Notes: generated from the sequence alone by a model not told the origin. A DNA stretch of 64,000 nucleotides from an uncultured Eubacteriales bacterium (GCA_964624145.1 CAZUXT010000004.1:31189-95188), one strand, 5' to 3'. Counted from the stretch's first letter, positions 9,721-20,272 are shown. A program made the numbers and translations.

Positions 9721-10647
9721 ATGCTTCAAATTTCTCATCTGTCCAAGTCATTCGACAAGGTTAAGGCTGTTGATGATATCTCCCTGGAAGTGAAAGAAGG
9801 AGAAATCTTCGGCTTTTTAGGACCTAACGGAGCCGGGAAGACCACCACCATCTCCATGATCGCCGGGCTCCTCACTCCTGATTCCGGAACAATCATGATC
9901 GACTCCATGGATACCCGGCATTCCATGCAACAGATAAGAGGGATCATGGGCGTTGTGCCCCAGGACATGGCTTTCTATGAAGAGCTGACAGCCAGAGAAA
10001 ATCTGCGTTTCTGGGGACGTCTCCAGGGATTATCCGGTAAAGAACTGGAACAGAGAATTCGCTATTATTTGGATAAAATCGGACTGACAGGACGGGAGGA
10101 TGAGCCCTTAAAAAAATATTCGGGCGGGATGAAAAGGCGCATCAATCTTATTATCGGCCTCCTCCACCGCCCCAAGCTGCTGCTTCTGGATGAGCCGACC
10201 ATCGGAATCGACGTCCAGACAAAAATGAATATTCTGGATCTCATACGGGAGGCATCCGGGAAAGGAACCACGGTCATCTACACCACCCACAACCTCTCTG
10301 AAGCCGAAGAACTCTGTGACCGCATCGCCATTATTGACAAAGGGAAAATACTGGCTTCAGGGAGTCTAAAGGAGCTGATTCAAATCGTCGGAGAAAAGGA
10401 CATCGCCCTTATTCAGGGCGAGTTCAGCGCTGACCAGGCCCGGCAGGTCGTATCCCATGAAAAAGGCATTGACATCATCACCATGAAAGACGGCTATCTG
10501 GCCATTTCCCTGGATGCTTCAAAAAAAATCCCGGGCCTTATGGAGAGCTTCTTTAACATGGGAGTCAGTATGGATGACATCTCTCTCAAGCAGCCTAATC
10601 TGGAGAGTGTTTTCCTTAAACTGACCGGAAGGGAGCTCCGCGAATGA
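9721..10647 (+). CDS. ABC transporter ATP-binding protein (ABC-2 / DrrA-NatA type)
   Basis: Walker A (GPNGAGKTT), ABC signature (YSGGMKRR), Walker B (LLLLDEPT) and an H-loop are all present. A GGAGAGGG Shine-Dalgarno site precedes the start. Confidence 0.9.
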   Translation: MLQISHLSKSFDKVKAVDDISLEVKEGEIFGFLGPNGAGKTTTISMIAGLLTPDSGTIMIDSMDTRHSMQQIRGIMGVVPQDMAFYEELTARENLRFWGRLQGLSGKELEQRIRYYLDKIGLTGREDEPLKKYSGGMKRRINLIIGLLHRPKLLLLDEPTIGIDVQTKMNILDLIREASGKGTTVIYTTHNLSEAEELCDRIAIIDKGKILASGSLKELIQIVGEKDIALIQGEFSADQARQVVSHEKGIDIITMKDGYLAISLDASKKIPGLMESFFNMGVSMDDISLKQPNLESVFLKLTGRELRE

Positions 10648-11900
10648 AACGTGTGTTTCTCCTGGCAGGAAAGGATTTCAAACGCAAATGGAAAAATCCG
10701 GTGGTTCTTATCGGATTCCTGCTTATCCCTCTTGTTTTCACTTTTCTGTTCGGTTTGATTTTTAGCTCCTCCGAAGAAACGACTCTGCCCGCGATCAAAG
10801 TCCTTTCCATGGACAATGACGGGAGTCTTCTTTCCAGGTTCTATCTCAGCGCTCTTACACAGGGAGAGTTGAAAGACATGATCAACCTTGAGAGTGCTTC
10901 AAGTGAGGAAAAAGCCCCGTCTCTTCTGAATAAGGGAAAGGCTTCTGCCCTGATCATTATCCCGTCTGGATTCGGAAAAAAAATCTGGGAAGGAAGCCCG
11001 GCAGAGCTCACTCTGATAAAAAATCCGTCAGAGCAGTTTCTGCCTCAAATCGCTGAGGAGATATGCGATACCACAGCCCTTGTCTTTTCCGCCCTTTTCC
11101 AGATTTTTTCAGATGAAATAGAAAGCATCAGAAAGCTTTCCGAACAGCCAGATATCTCCGATCAGGTCATTTCCGAACTTTCCGTTATGGTAAAGAACCG
11201 GATGGAGGGAATTGAGAAATATGTCCTGCCTCCGCTCATCTCCATTAAACAGGTCACCCGAAATGAAGATCAGGAAACAGAAGAAAGCAGCTTTTCTGTC
11301 CACAGTTATATTCTGCCTGCTATATCCATCATGTTCCTACTGTTTATCTGCAATGTTGTTTTCGAAGACCTTCTCAGGGAAAAAGAAAAGGGAACCCTGC
11401 TTCGCATGTCCGTATCTCCCCTGCGGATGAATGAATTCATCTGGAGTAAAATCCTCACTTCCGCTGCCATCGGAATCCTCTGTTCTCTCTTTCTGGTAGG
11501 ACTGGGCTCGGTTCTGTTTTCCATTGACTGGGGACGGCTGGATATGCTCTTTCCTATCATCTTCTGTTTGAACATCCTGATCTCCGGGTTCATCGCTTTT
11601 CTCTATACTTTCATCCGGACCGAACGGCAGGCCGGAGCATTGATGTCTTCGGTCATCATCATAACAGCGCTTCTGGGAGGCAGTATGGTCCCCATCTCGA
11701 ATTTCCCTGCTTTCGTTCAAAAGCTCGCCCGTTTCACCGTAAACTACTGGGGACTGGAAGCTTTCAAAAAGAATATAATGGGAGAGCCGGCATCTCAAAT
11801 CTGGCTGATCGTTCTCGGTATGCTGGGGACAGGAATCACACTCTCTGTCATCAGCTCTTTCCTGCTGAAAAACAAACTGAAGAAAGGGTTGTATCGATGA
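10644..11900 (+). CDS. ABC-2 family transporter permease
   Basis: A polytopic membrane protein with one N-terminal transmembrane helix, a large loop and five C-terminal helices. Its start overlaps the ATPase stop (ATGA). Confidence 0.75.
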   Translation: MKRVFLLAGKDFKRKWKNPVVLIGFLLIPLVFTFLFGLIFSSSEETTLPAIKVLSMDNDGSLLSRFYLSALTQGELKDMINLESASSEEKAPSLLNKGKASALIIIPSGFGKKIWEGSPAELTLIKNPSEQFLPQIAEEICDTTALVFSALFQIFSDEIESIRKLSEQPDISDQVISELSVMVKNRMEGIEKYVLPPLISIKQVTRNEDQETEESSFSVHSYILPAISIMFLLFICNVVFEDLLREKEKGTLLRMSVSPLRMNEFIWSKILTSAAIGILCSLFLVGLGSVLFSIDWGRLDMLFPIIFCLNILISGFIAFLYTFIRTERQAGALMSSVIIITALLGGSMVPISNFPAFVQKLARFTVNYWGLEAFKKNIMGEPASQIWLIVLGMLGTGITLSVISSFLLKNKLKKGLYR

Positions 11901-13018
11901 GATTCTGGACCATTGCTCTTGCCGACTTAAAGATCTCTTTCAAGGACAAAATGTTTTTTATATGGCTGCTTTTTTTCCCCCTCCTCTTTGCCTTTATATT
12001 TGGAATGGCTTTTCAGGGTTCCTCAGGTAACGGCAAGGCGACCATCAATATTCTGGACCAGGACCACAGTGTGCTGTCAGAGGCGCTGATCGAAGAGCTC
12101 AGACACCAAAAATACGATATTCACTTTCTAGATAAAAAAGAAGAGACCGGAACACGAACCCTTATCATCCCTCCGGCATTTTCAGAAAAAATAATAAAAG
12201 GAGAAAAAGTAGAGCTGGTTCTGGAAAAAGAAGCCGGAAGCAATATGGAAGCCGGACAGGCGGTCTATGCTCACATTCTGAAAGGAGTGATCAGAATCAT
12301 GGCCAGGCTGATCCATCTGTCCCCGGAAAATTTTCAGGAACTGGAAAATCAGTTCAGCGGCACATCTCTGAAAGAACTGATCTCCCTAAAAGTTGAACAG
12401 GCCGGCCGGTTGAAGACCATTCCTTCGGGATTCAATCATTCTGTTCCCGCAATAACAGTAATGTTTCTGCTTTTTACGGTTCTTATGTACGGAGGGATCA
12501 ACCTTCTGGAGGAAAGGCGTCAGGGTCAACTGGAGCGAATCATTTTAACACCTGCTACCCGTACGGCTCTTATCAGCGGCAAATGGATCGCCCGCGTTCT
12601 CATTGGCATGCTTCAGATCACTTTGATGTTCCTGGCAGGTCGGCTTTTGTTCGGGGTTTATCTGGGGAAATCACTTGCCTCTCTTTTTCTGGTTTCTTTG
12701 TTTTTCTGCGGAACCATAGCAGGTATGAGCATACTGTTCGGGTGCCTGATAAGAAAGGAAGAAGTACTGGTCGTGCTCAATATTCTCGTCGCAAACCTCA
12801 TGGCTGCTTTGGGAGGATGCTGGTGGCCTCTGGAACTGGTTCCCAAAAGCCTGCAGATAACCAGTTTCTTCTTTCCCACGGGCTGGACCATGGACGCCTT
12901 TCATAAGCTGATATCATTCGGATACGGGTTCCGGGAGGTCTATCCCCATATATGCTTCCTGGCTCTTTTCAGTCTGCTGTTCCTGTTTCTGGCTGTTAAA
13001 TTTTTCAAACTCCGCTAA
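11897..13018 (+). CDS. ABC-2 family transporter permease
   Basis: It has the same architecture as the previous permease, and its ATGA overlaps the preceding stop. Confidence 0.75.
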   Translation: MRFWTIALADLKISFKDKMFFIWLLFFPLLFAFIFGMAFQGSSGNGKATINILDQDHSVLSEALIEELRHQKYDIHFLDKKEETGTRTLIIPPAFSEKIIKGEKVELVLEKEAGSNMEAGQAVYAHILKGVIRIMARLIHLSPENFQELENQFSGTSLKELISLKVEQAGRLKTIPSGFNHSVPAITVMFLLFTVLMYGGINLLEERRQGQLERIILTPATRTALISGKWIARVLIGMLQITLMFLAGRLLFGVYLGKSLASLFLVSLFFCGTIAGMSILFGCLIRKEEVLVVLNILVANLMAALGGCWWPLELVPKSLQITSFFFPTGWTMDAFHKLISFGYGFREVYPHICFLALFSLLFLFLAVKFFKLR

Positions 13019-13252
13019 CTCACTCTTTTTCTTTTTCCTTTTTCATTCTATATTCAACAGCTTTTCTGGCTTCAAAATATATCTTGGAAAAATTCTTAAA
13101 CATCAGCTCTCTCTCTGAATTATCCGGACTGTATTTGATGCCATCCTTGTACAAAACATGCGGATCAATTCCGGGTTCAAATCCGGAGTAATGTCTGGAA
13201 ACAAAGGTGCGTGTTCCTATTAGTGGAAGGGAGTAATAAGCTAATACCTATG

Positions 13253-15619
13253 TCACTCAGTCCTCAGTTCGTCTGCGGGACTCTTAAAGGCCGCCTTAAA
13301 GCTCTGATAACTGACCGTTATCAAAGCCGCAGCCAGACTTCCAAAAAGAGCGAACACAAACGCCCATAAGCTTACATCTTGCCGATAAGCATAATTTTGA
13401 AGGAATTTTTGAATGACAAAATAAGCCGTAGGCCAGGCTACTATATTGGCAATCACTATCAAAAACATCATATCTTTGAGAAACAGTGACAGGATACTCG
13501 GAACGGAAGCTCCAAGGACTTTTCTGATCCCGATCTCCTTGGACTTTTGCTGGGCTGTGTATGCTGAAAGGCTGAATAGGCCGAGCAGTGCGATACAAAT
13601 GGCAAGAACAGAAAAATAGAGAAAGATTCTCTGGAACCGCTCTTCGGACTTATACAATCTGTCAAAAGCCTCGTCCAGGAAAAAATATTCAAAAGGAAGA
13701 AGAGGAGAAAATTCCTTATATACCATTTTTATGTCTTTCATCGTCACGGGAAGGTCTGTTGTGTTCAGCTTAACGGATAAATAATCGAAACGAGTCCCCC
13801 AGGGATTGCTGGTGATGATCAAAGGGCCTATGTCATGGTGAAGAGTGGAGAATTGAAAATCCTTCACCACTCCGATCACCTTCCAATCTCCGTTACGTCT
13901 TATGGTCTTGCCTACGGGGTTCTCCCACTCCAACTGTCTGGCGAGGGTTTCATTTATAAGATAGGCCTCCTTATCCGTAGAAAATTCCTTATTGAAATTC
14001 CGTCCCTTTACGACCTCAATCCCATAAGTATCTAAAAAGTGCTCATCAATATCCAGCGCATAAAACATAAGTGAAGAGCTGTATCCTTCCGGCACATAAC
14101 CGTTTTGAGTGAATCCCCTGTGGGGCACATCAGATGAAGCACTGGCGTGCGCTATCCCGGGGATGGACAGCATTCTTTCTCTCATTTCCGCTGTTTTGGT
14201 CCCGAGCTCTTCTCCTGGAAGATTGATCACCAGCACATTTTCTTTTTCATATCCAACCTCAGCCTTTTTCATAAAACTGATTTGATTCTGTACGAGAATG
14301 GTACAGATGATCAAAGTGACTGATATGGCAAACTGAAAAACAACGAGAACATCCCGGAATTTTTTTCTTCCTCCTCCCGTTTGCATCTCTCCTTTAAGGG
14401 TCCTTGCGGGTTGAAAGGAGGAAAGATAAAAAGACGGATAAGCCCCTGCGATCATTCCAACAGCCAGAATAAGACCCAAAAATCCCACTATGCTCAAGGG
14501 GCTGATCATTCTGAAGATATTGAGATCTTTATCCAAGAGCTGACTGTATAAAGGAGTAAAAAGAAAAACAAGAAAGACTCCCAGGATAAAAGACAGAATG
14601 GTTAAGAACAGAGATTCTCCCAGGAACTGGCGGATCAGGTTCCCTCGGTTGGCCCCGACTACTTTCCTCAGACCGACCTCCCGGGCTCTCCTGGCAGCAC
14701 GGGCTGTGGTGAGGTTGACAAAATTGATACAGGCAATAAGCAGAATAAACACCGCTACTACGATGAAAGTGTAAAAATTGGTCAAAGCCGTCCTGGAACC
14801 CGGATCAAAGTGAAAGTGAATTTTCTTTAAAGGCTGAAAATAAGCCTCATTTTTCCAGCCGTAAGAAGCGATCATTTCATTGATATGACGCCACATGAAA
14901 TCCGGCAGTTTCTTTTCCAGCTCTCCAATCGATACGCCCTGCTTTAGCTTCACATAGGTTATATACTGGTTCCCTCCGTTCCAGCCCATATGCATGTTGG
15001 GCAGCTTATACAGAGTGGAAAAGGATATCAAAGTGCTGAACTGAATACTGGAATTCTCAGGCGGACTTTTTACCACTCCGGTGACTTTATAAAGGTCTTT
15101 CGGGCCGATTTGGATGGTTTTTCCTAGGACGTCATCAGAACCGAAAACCCTCTCTGCTGTTTTTTGAGAAAGCACAATAGAAAAAGGCTCAATAAGTGCT
15201 GTCGCAGCATCGCCCTGTATAAGATCAAAGGAAAACATATCAAAAATTCTATCCGAAGCATAGCGCATTCCGGTTTCTTTATACGCTTCATTTTCAACGG
15301 TTAAGTACGCGGGCCTCTGTGTGGACATCCGGACGAATTCTTCGACCTCGGGAAACTCATCTTTCAGGTCCTCTCCAATAGGTGGAGTAAAAACATAGGT
15401 TTCATCAGAATACTTGCCTTCCTGAAAGGACTTCACAGCTACCCTGTAGATTTGGTCCGCATCCTGGTGGAATCTGTCATAACTGAGTTCAAACTGCAGG
15501 TAGAGAAGGATCAGAATAAAAGCACTCAGCCCCACAGCAAGCCCCAGGATATTGATCAGGGAATAAAACTTATATTTTTTTAAATTCCGGAATGCTGTAA
15601 GCAGATAGTTTTTTATCAT
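13253..15619 (-). CDS. FtsX-family ABC transporter permease (double FtsX/MacB-like)
   Basis: The N-terminus (MIKNYLLTAFRNLKKYKFYSLINILGLAVGLSAF) and the C-terminus (...KSPADELRTE) are typical of MacB-like permeases. No ATPase gene is adjacent. Confidence 0.85.
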   Translation of the reverse strand: MIKNYLLTAFRNLKKYKFYSLINILGLAVGLSAFILILLYLQFELSYDRFHQDADQIYRVAVKSFQEGKYSDETYVFTPPIGEDLKDEFPEVEEFVRMSTQRPAYLTVENEAYKETGMRYASDRIFDMFSFDLIQGDAATALIEPFSIVLSQKTAERVFGSDDVLGKTIQIGPKDLYKVTGVVKSPPENSSIQFSTLISFSTLYKLPNMHMGWNGGNQYITYVKLKQGVSIGELEKKLPDFMWRHINEMIASYGWKNEAYFQPLKKIHFHFDPGSRTALTNFYTFIVVAVFILLIACINFVNLTTARAARRAREVGLRKVVGANRGNLIRQFLGESLFLTILSFILGVFLVFLFTPLYSQLLDKDLNIFRMISPLSIVGFLGLILAVGMIAGAYPSFYLSSFQPARTLKGEMQTGGGRKKFRDVLVVFQFAISVTLIICTILVQNQISFMKKAEVGYEKENVLVINLPGEELGTKTAEMRERMLSIPGIAHASASSDVPHRGFTQNGYVPEGYSSSLMFYALDIDEHFLDTYGIEVVKGRNFNKEFSTDKEAYLINETLARQLEWENPVGKTIRRNGDWKVIGVVKDFQFSTLHHDIGPLIITSNPWGTRFDYLSVKLNTTDLPVTMKDIKMVYKEFSPLLPFEYFFLDEAFDRLYKSEERFQRIFLYFSVLAICIALLGLFSLSAYTAQQKSKEIGIRKVLGASVPSILSLFLKDMMFLIVIANIVAWPTAYFVIQKFLQNYAYRQDVSLWAFVFALFGSLAAALITVSYQSFKAAFKSPADELRTE

Positions 15620-15662
15620 TTGTACGTCTCCCTATTTATCTACGTACGTCCAGATAAAAAGG

Positions 15663-18005
15663 TTAATCCTTTTTCTCCGTCTCTTTCACTTTCTGCATCA
15701 AATTTTTTTCAGAGCGTCTCTCGAATTTCCTCAATTTAAAATATTCAGGCTTTTCCTGAACCGTCCATTCATTATTCACTGTATCCACATCAGCTGTCTC
15801 AAGAAAGGGATCAAGGGTGATTTTTGTGACTTCTTTTTTAAAAGCAAACACTTTTTGGACACGGTCATTGAAGCGGCGCCATATTTCGGCCGGGATCCTT
15901 TCCACTTCTTCTGAGTCATCTTTAAATTTAAACCGGAGTATGAGGGGCATGACCATTCCGCCGATATTGGAAAAAGAGACTTCATAATAATTATATCCTG
16001 CATTCAGAATCTCTTTTTCTTCTTCTGTCAACGTTTCAAGATATTTTTTGTACTGCTCCTGCTCCTGGGGAGTCACTTTAAGCTGGTCGTATTGGTCATA
16101 AAAATCAAGAAGAGATTCATCTTTTTCCACGGCTGTTTCCTTAATTTCCTTCTTGTTTCGAATGTTGCTGATATATCTTTCCGGGAGGCGGTTTTCCTTC
16201 TCCTGCTCTATAACTTTATCCATTTCCGGTTCCCCAGTATTTATCTTATACCACTTCACACCTTCTAAGGCTATGTCCACATGGTCTGTACCAAAAAACC
16301 ATCCGCGCCAGAACCAGTCAAGGTCCATTCCTGACGCATCTTCCATGGTCCTGAAAAAGTCTGCCGGCGCCGGGTGCTTGAACTTCCATCTTTGAGCAAA
16401 CTCTTTGAATGCATAATCAAACAGTTCCCTGCCCATAATGGTCTCCCGCAGAATATTAAGCCCCGCAGAGGTTTTGGCATAAGCATTGTTTCCCACATTC
16501 AGGTCTATATCCGGCGCTGTCATGATGGGGGACATGTATTTCTTATCGCCTTTCATATACTCAACCATGGAATAAGCAGGCCCGTTTCTCCGTGCAAACT
16601 CCCTGCTCCATTCCTGTTCTGCAAGATATTCCAGGAATGTGTTTAATCCTTCATCCATCCATGCCCACTGGCGCTCGTCCGAATTCACGATCATGGGGAA
16701 AAAATTATGTCCGAATTCATGAATGATCACACCGACCAGACTGTATTTTAAATATTCGGGATAGGTTCCGTCAGGTTCGGGCATCCCTCCGTTAAAAGCG
16801 ATCATGGGATACTCCATCCCCCCGCCTCTTGAAGCAAGCACGGATATGGCTTTGGGATAAGGATACTCGAATGTGAATCTGGAATAGACCTTTATGGCAT
16901 GCGCCACAGCCTTTGTCGAATACTTCTCCCATATAGGATTTCCGTCCTTGCTGAAATAGGACATGGCAAGAACGGTGCGGGCCCCGAATTTAACGGCCAT
17001 AGCATCCCAGATGAATTTTCGCGAGCTGGCAAAAGCAAAGTCCCTCACGTTTTCCGCTTTGAAAATCCATGTTTTTTTATCTTCCGAACGCTCTTTTTCA
17101 TTCTGGACGGCCTCTTCTTCAGTAACAATCAAAACCGTGTCTTCTGTGGAATCCTGTGCTTTATGAAGCCGGGCTCTCTGTTCGGCTGTTAAAACCTTCT
17201 CAGGATTCATCAAGGTCCCTGTGGCACCGATGACATGGTCAGAAGGGGCTGTTATTTTCACCATATAATTTCCAAAAGGAAGCGCAAATTCCCCGCTTCC
17301 CAGAAACTGTTTGTGCTGCCATCCTTCTGCCTCATTGTACACAGCCAGCCGGGGAAAAAATTGGGCAATGGTGAAGACATGATTCCCGTCTTCCTTATAA
17401 AAGACAAAACCTGACCTTCCTCCGACTTTGTTCTTATCATTTATGTTGTACCACCATTTTATTTTGAAAGAATACCTTGAGTCCGGATTCAGACTTCCGG
17501 GAAGGTCCACTCTCATCATGGTGTTTACGATTTTATACGAAAGGTCATTTCCCTTTTTATCTTTCACATATTCGATCTTAAATCCTCCGTCAAAATCCAT
17601 ATGCATCCTTTGAAGAAACCGTAGGCTTAGAGGGTCTGATATCTGGCCCGAACTCACTTTTTCCGTAAGGGAATCTTTTATTCGGATATTCTGATCCAAC
17701 TGAACCCAGAGATAGGAAAGGGAAACAGGTGAATTATTAAAATAAGTTATTGATTCCTCACCATATATCCGCTGTTTTTCCTCTTCAAGTTCAATGACCA
17801 TATCATAGTCAACTCTCTGCTGCCAGTATTCCGGGCCTGGAGCCCCTGAGGCTGTTCGGTACTGGTTAGGGGTTGGGAGTTCCTGATAGAGCTGACGGAA
17901 CTGGTTCTCCTGCTGTTCCTCATCCTGGGCAGATACCATGGCGGTATAGAACAGAGTAAAAGAAAAAACTAAGACAAAACCTAAAAAAACACATTTTTTA
18001 AACAT
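15663..18005 (-). CDS. Secreted M1-family zinc aminopeptidase
   Basis: The protein has a signal peptide, a GGMEYPM block (GAMEN-like) and the motif HEFGH-X18-E (HEXXH-X18-E). The C-terminal domain is Lys/Glu-rich. Confidence 0.85.
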   Translation of the reverse strand: MFKKCVFLGFVLVFSFTLFYTAMVSAQDEEQQENQFRQLYQELPTPNQYRTASGAPGPEYWQQRVDYDMVIELEEEKQRIYGEESITYFNNSPVSLSYLWVQLDQNIRIKDSLTEKVSSGQISDPLSLRFLQRMHMDFDGGFKIEYVKDKKGNDLSYKIVNTMMRVDLPGSLNPDSRYSFKIKWWYNINDKNKVGGRSGFVFYKEDGNHVFTIAQFFPRLAVYNEAEGWQHKQFLGSGEFALPFGNYMVKITAPSDHVIGATGTLMNPEKVLTAEQRARLHKAQDSTEDTVLIVTEEEAVQNEKERSEDKKTWIFKAENVRDFAFASSRKFIWDAMAVKFGARTVLAMSYFSKDGNPIWEKYSTKAVAHAIKVYSRFTFEYPYPKAISVLASRGGGMEYPMIAFNGGMPEPDGTYPEYLKYSLVGVIIHEFGHNFFPMIVNSDERQWAWMDEGLNTFLEYLAEQEWSREFARRNGPAYSMVEYMKGDKKYMSPIMTAPDIDLNVGNNAYAKTSAGLNILRETIMGRELFDYAFKEFAQRWKFKHPAPADFFRTMEDASGMDLDWFWRGWFFGTDHVDIALEGVKWYKINTGEPEMDKVIEQEKENRLPERYISNIRNKKEIKETAVEKDESLLDFYDQYDQLKVTPQEQEQYKKYLETLTEEEKEILNAGYNYYEVSFSNIGGMVMPLILRFKFKDDSEEVERIPAEIWRRFNDRVQKVFAFKKEVTKITLDPFLETADVDTVNNEWTVQEKPEYFKLRKFERRSEKNLMQKVKETEKKD

Positions 18006-18047
18006 ATCTACCTCCCATTGGTTCTTTCACTACAAAATCCGGCACAC

Positions 18048-19946
18048 TCAGGTTCCGAGTGTAAAATAAAACACAGAGCCTTCTCCGGGCTTGCCTTCAG
18101 CACGGATAACACCTCCGTGTTTATGGATAATCCGTCTGGTAACAGCGAGCCCCATTCCATAACCCGGGAACACTTCATTCTCATTCAATCTCTTGAACGG
18201 GAAAAACAGCTCATCCACATCTTTCATCTTAAATCCGATCCCATTATCCTTTATGAAATACTCTTTAATACCTTTGTTCTCCTTCATCCCGAATTCAATT
18301 TTTATGTTTGGTTTTTTAGAAGAGTAAATCCAGGCATTTGTAAGCAGATTGTCAATAACAATGCTCAGCGTCCGGTTGTCTCCCCTGACTTTTATCCCTT
18401 CTTGAATGAGAAACTCGGCTTTCCGTTCGGGATTTCCTTCTCTTAGCTTAACTGACCTTTTCCTTACTAAGTCACTAAGATCGACTTGCTCAAGTTTTAA
18501 CCTGTCAAATGACAGTTCAGCCACTTCATTCAATCCTTTGGTCATCTGCTTCATGCGGTGAGCCGCTGCCCGGATCTGAATGAGTTTATCTTTACCTTTG
18601 TCGTTTACTCTATTAGCATACTCCTCTAAAAACGACTTGCTGAACTCATCTATTTTTTCCAGTGGAACTTCCAAATACTGTGCTGTGGCAGAGAAAAGAC
18701 CTTCCAGTTCATTATCTAAGGCTTTCCGTTGAACACTATTATCAAACGGGATTGACTTGAGTTCCTCATCTCTTTTGGGTCTTTCTTCAATACTGTCCTT
18801 CTTCTCTACCTCCTGCTTTTTTCTTTCTTCCTCTTCAGCTTTTTTATCAGTCACATCCCGAAACGCTGCAGCCATGTCTCCGGAAGGAAGCTTGCTGATA
18901 AAAAATTCTTTCCAGCCTGCCTTGTCACCCACCCTTAATTTGGAATAGGGAATATACTTCTCCACCTCAGTCTTCCATGCGCTCTGAAGAGCGTCCAGCA
19001 GTCCCGATTCTCTGACCATAGGGAAGACCTTTGTGATTTTTTTCCCAATAAGGTCACTGCGGTGTATCCGCTCTATTTTTTCACCTGTTGTGTTCAAATC
19101 CATAATAAGAAAATTTTTTCCCTCATCAACCACTTCAAAGACAAAAATACCATAAGCGCAGTTTTCAAATATCTCTCTGTATTTTTTCTCTGTCTTCTCC
19201 AATTCTGTGGCTTTCTGGCGCACTTTGTTCACTTCATCCAGCTTCATCCCGCGAAGATCCTCAACTTCCAATAAATATTTCAGCCGCTCCCGCAAAATCA
19301 TCAATTCGTTTTTCTTCTTTTTTTTGACTCGAACCCCTGCTTCCCCGGGCCCTGATATGTTCTTGGTCGCGGTCACAAGGTTTAATATAGGTCTGGAAAT
19401 AATATGCTGGAAGCTGCGGGCCAGAAAATAAACAAGCAGAAGCGCTAAAGCAAATAAAACAAGCATGATAAAAATATAAAGCTTGAGTTTTCTTTTCAGT
19501 TCCTCGGTAGAAGCCCGTACAAATATCTTTCCATACGTGTGTTCTTCATCTGAAACAGGTAAAAGAACATGAAGATATCCGTCCTTGAATTCAGAAGGTT
19601 TCATGTGTTCTAAATCAGGTGGAATAAATGTGTCTTCGGAAAGGCTGTAGGTCGCTAGCGCTTTTTCTTCAGGTCCGAAAAAGACACCATCCGTAACAAA
19701 GGGCACAGAGCCCAATACGGATAAGCAGGTCTCAAGGCCCTGTCTTTTCTTAGAAGCCAGCGCTTCCCTGCAGCATTCTCCTGCCAGGGCGGCATGATGC
19801 TCGATCTCATCTGTAAACCTCACTCTGTCTTCTCTGGTCTTGGCAAAGACAATCAGCGAAAATGTCAAAACAAGGACAATGGCCGATATGAGGAAAATAA
19901 TCCCTACGAGTTTTTTCCGGACAGTCAAATTCTGAAATAATCTCAC
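18048..19946 (-). CDS. Membrane-anchored PAS-domain sensor histidine kinase (orphan)
   Basis: It has two transmembrane helices, a PAS-like region, an HisKA H-box region, and HATPase_c G1/G2 boxes (DNGIGF...GYGMGLAV). No response regulator gene is adjacent. Confidence 0.8.
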   Translation of the reverse strand: MRLFQNLTVRKKLVGIIFLISAIVLVLTFSLIVFAKTREDRVRFTDEIEHHAALAGECCREALASKKRQGLETCLSVLGSVPFVTDGVFFGPEEKALATYSLSEDTFIPPDLEHMKPSEFKDGYLHVLLPVSDEEHTYGKIFVRASTEELKRKLKLYIFIMLVLFALALLLVYFLARSFQHIISRPILNLVTATKNISGPGEAGVRVKKKKKNELMILRERLKYLLEVEDLRGMKLDEVNKVRQKATELEKTEKKYREIFENCAYGIFVFEVVDEGKNFLIMDLNTTGEKIERIHRSDLIGKKITKVFPMVRESGLLDALQSAWKTEVEKYIPYSKLRVGDKAGWKEFFISKLPSGDMAAAFRDVTDKKAEEEERKKQEVEKKDSIEERPKRDEELKSIPFDNSVQRKALDNELEGLFSATAQYLEVPLEKIDEFSKSFLEEYANRVNDKGKDKLIQIRAAAHRMKQMTKGLNEVAELSFDRLKLEQVDLSDLVRKRSVKLREGNPERKAEFLIQEGIKVRGDNRTLSIVIDNLLTNAWIYSSKKPNIKIEFGMKENKGIKEYFIKDNGIGFKMKDVDELFFPFKRLNENEVFPGYGMGLAVTRRIIHKHGGVIRAEGKPGEGSVFYFTLGT

Positions 19947-20114
19947 TTTAATCTTCTAAAAAATATATAACTCTTCTCATGAATCCGGCATGAATCATAA
20001 TCATACTCTAAACAGGTTGCGTAATTCAAGTCAGAAACTATCCATGCAGTGAACATATTTATCCCCCTCTTATTGACCTGCATAATGAACAAGCCAAGGT
20101 TGCGAAAACTTGAT

Positions 20115-20167
20115 GAAATTCAGGTGTGGCTGAAGCGACATTGAAGATTTAGCCACACCTGAATTTT
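20115..20167. repeat. 53-bp hairpin derivative of the 188-bp repeat family (perfect 14-bp inverted repeat aaattcaggtgtgg / ccacacctgaattt, 23-nt loop)
   Basis: This was read directly from the sequence. It shares the first 38 nt with the full repeat copies and ends with the exact reverse complement of the 5' inverted repeat. Confidence 0.7.
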
Positions 20168-20272
20168 AACTTCCCATTGACTGGATGTGATTCATAGCAT
20201 AATATCATCTACAGAAGTATTCAGAACAGTTAACCTGGATGACGAACAAGTCGAGGTTGAAGAGAGCTTAAT

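Noticed and set aside
13022-13111. 29-aa minus-strand mini-ORF (MFKNFSKIYFEARKAVEYRMKKEKEKE) upstream of the FtsX permease at 13253
   Set aside because: It has no convincing ribosome-binding site. It is short and Lys/Glu-rich and cannot be supported without conservation data.
13160-13192. tRNA-like T-loop sequence ccgggttcaaatccgg in the 13019-13252 intergenic region
   Set aside because: No complementary acceptor stem, D-arm or anticodon arm can be built from the flanking sequence, and the loop is 8 nt rather than 7. It is most likely a chance similarity or a decayed fragment.
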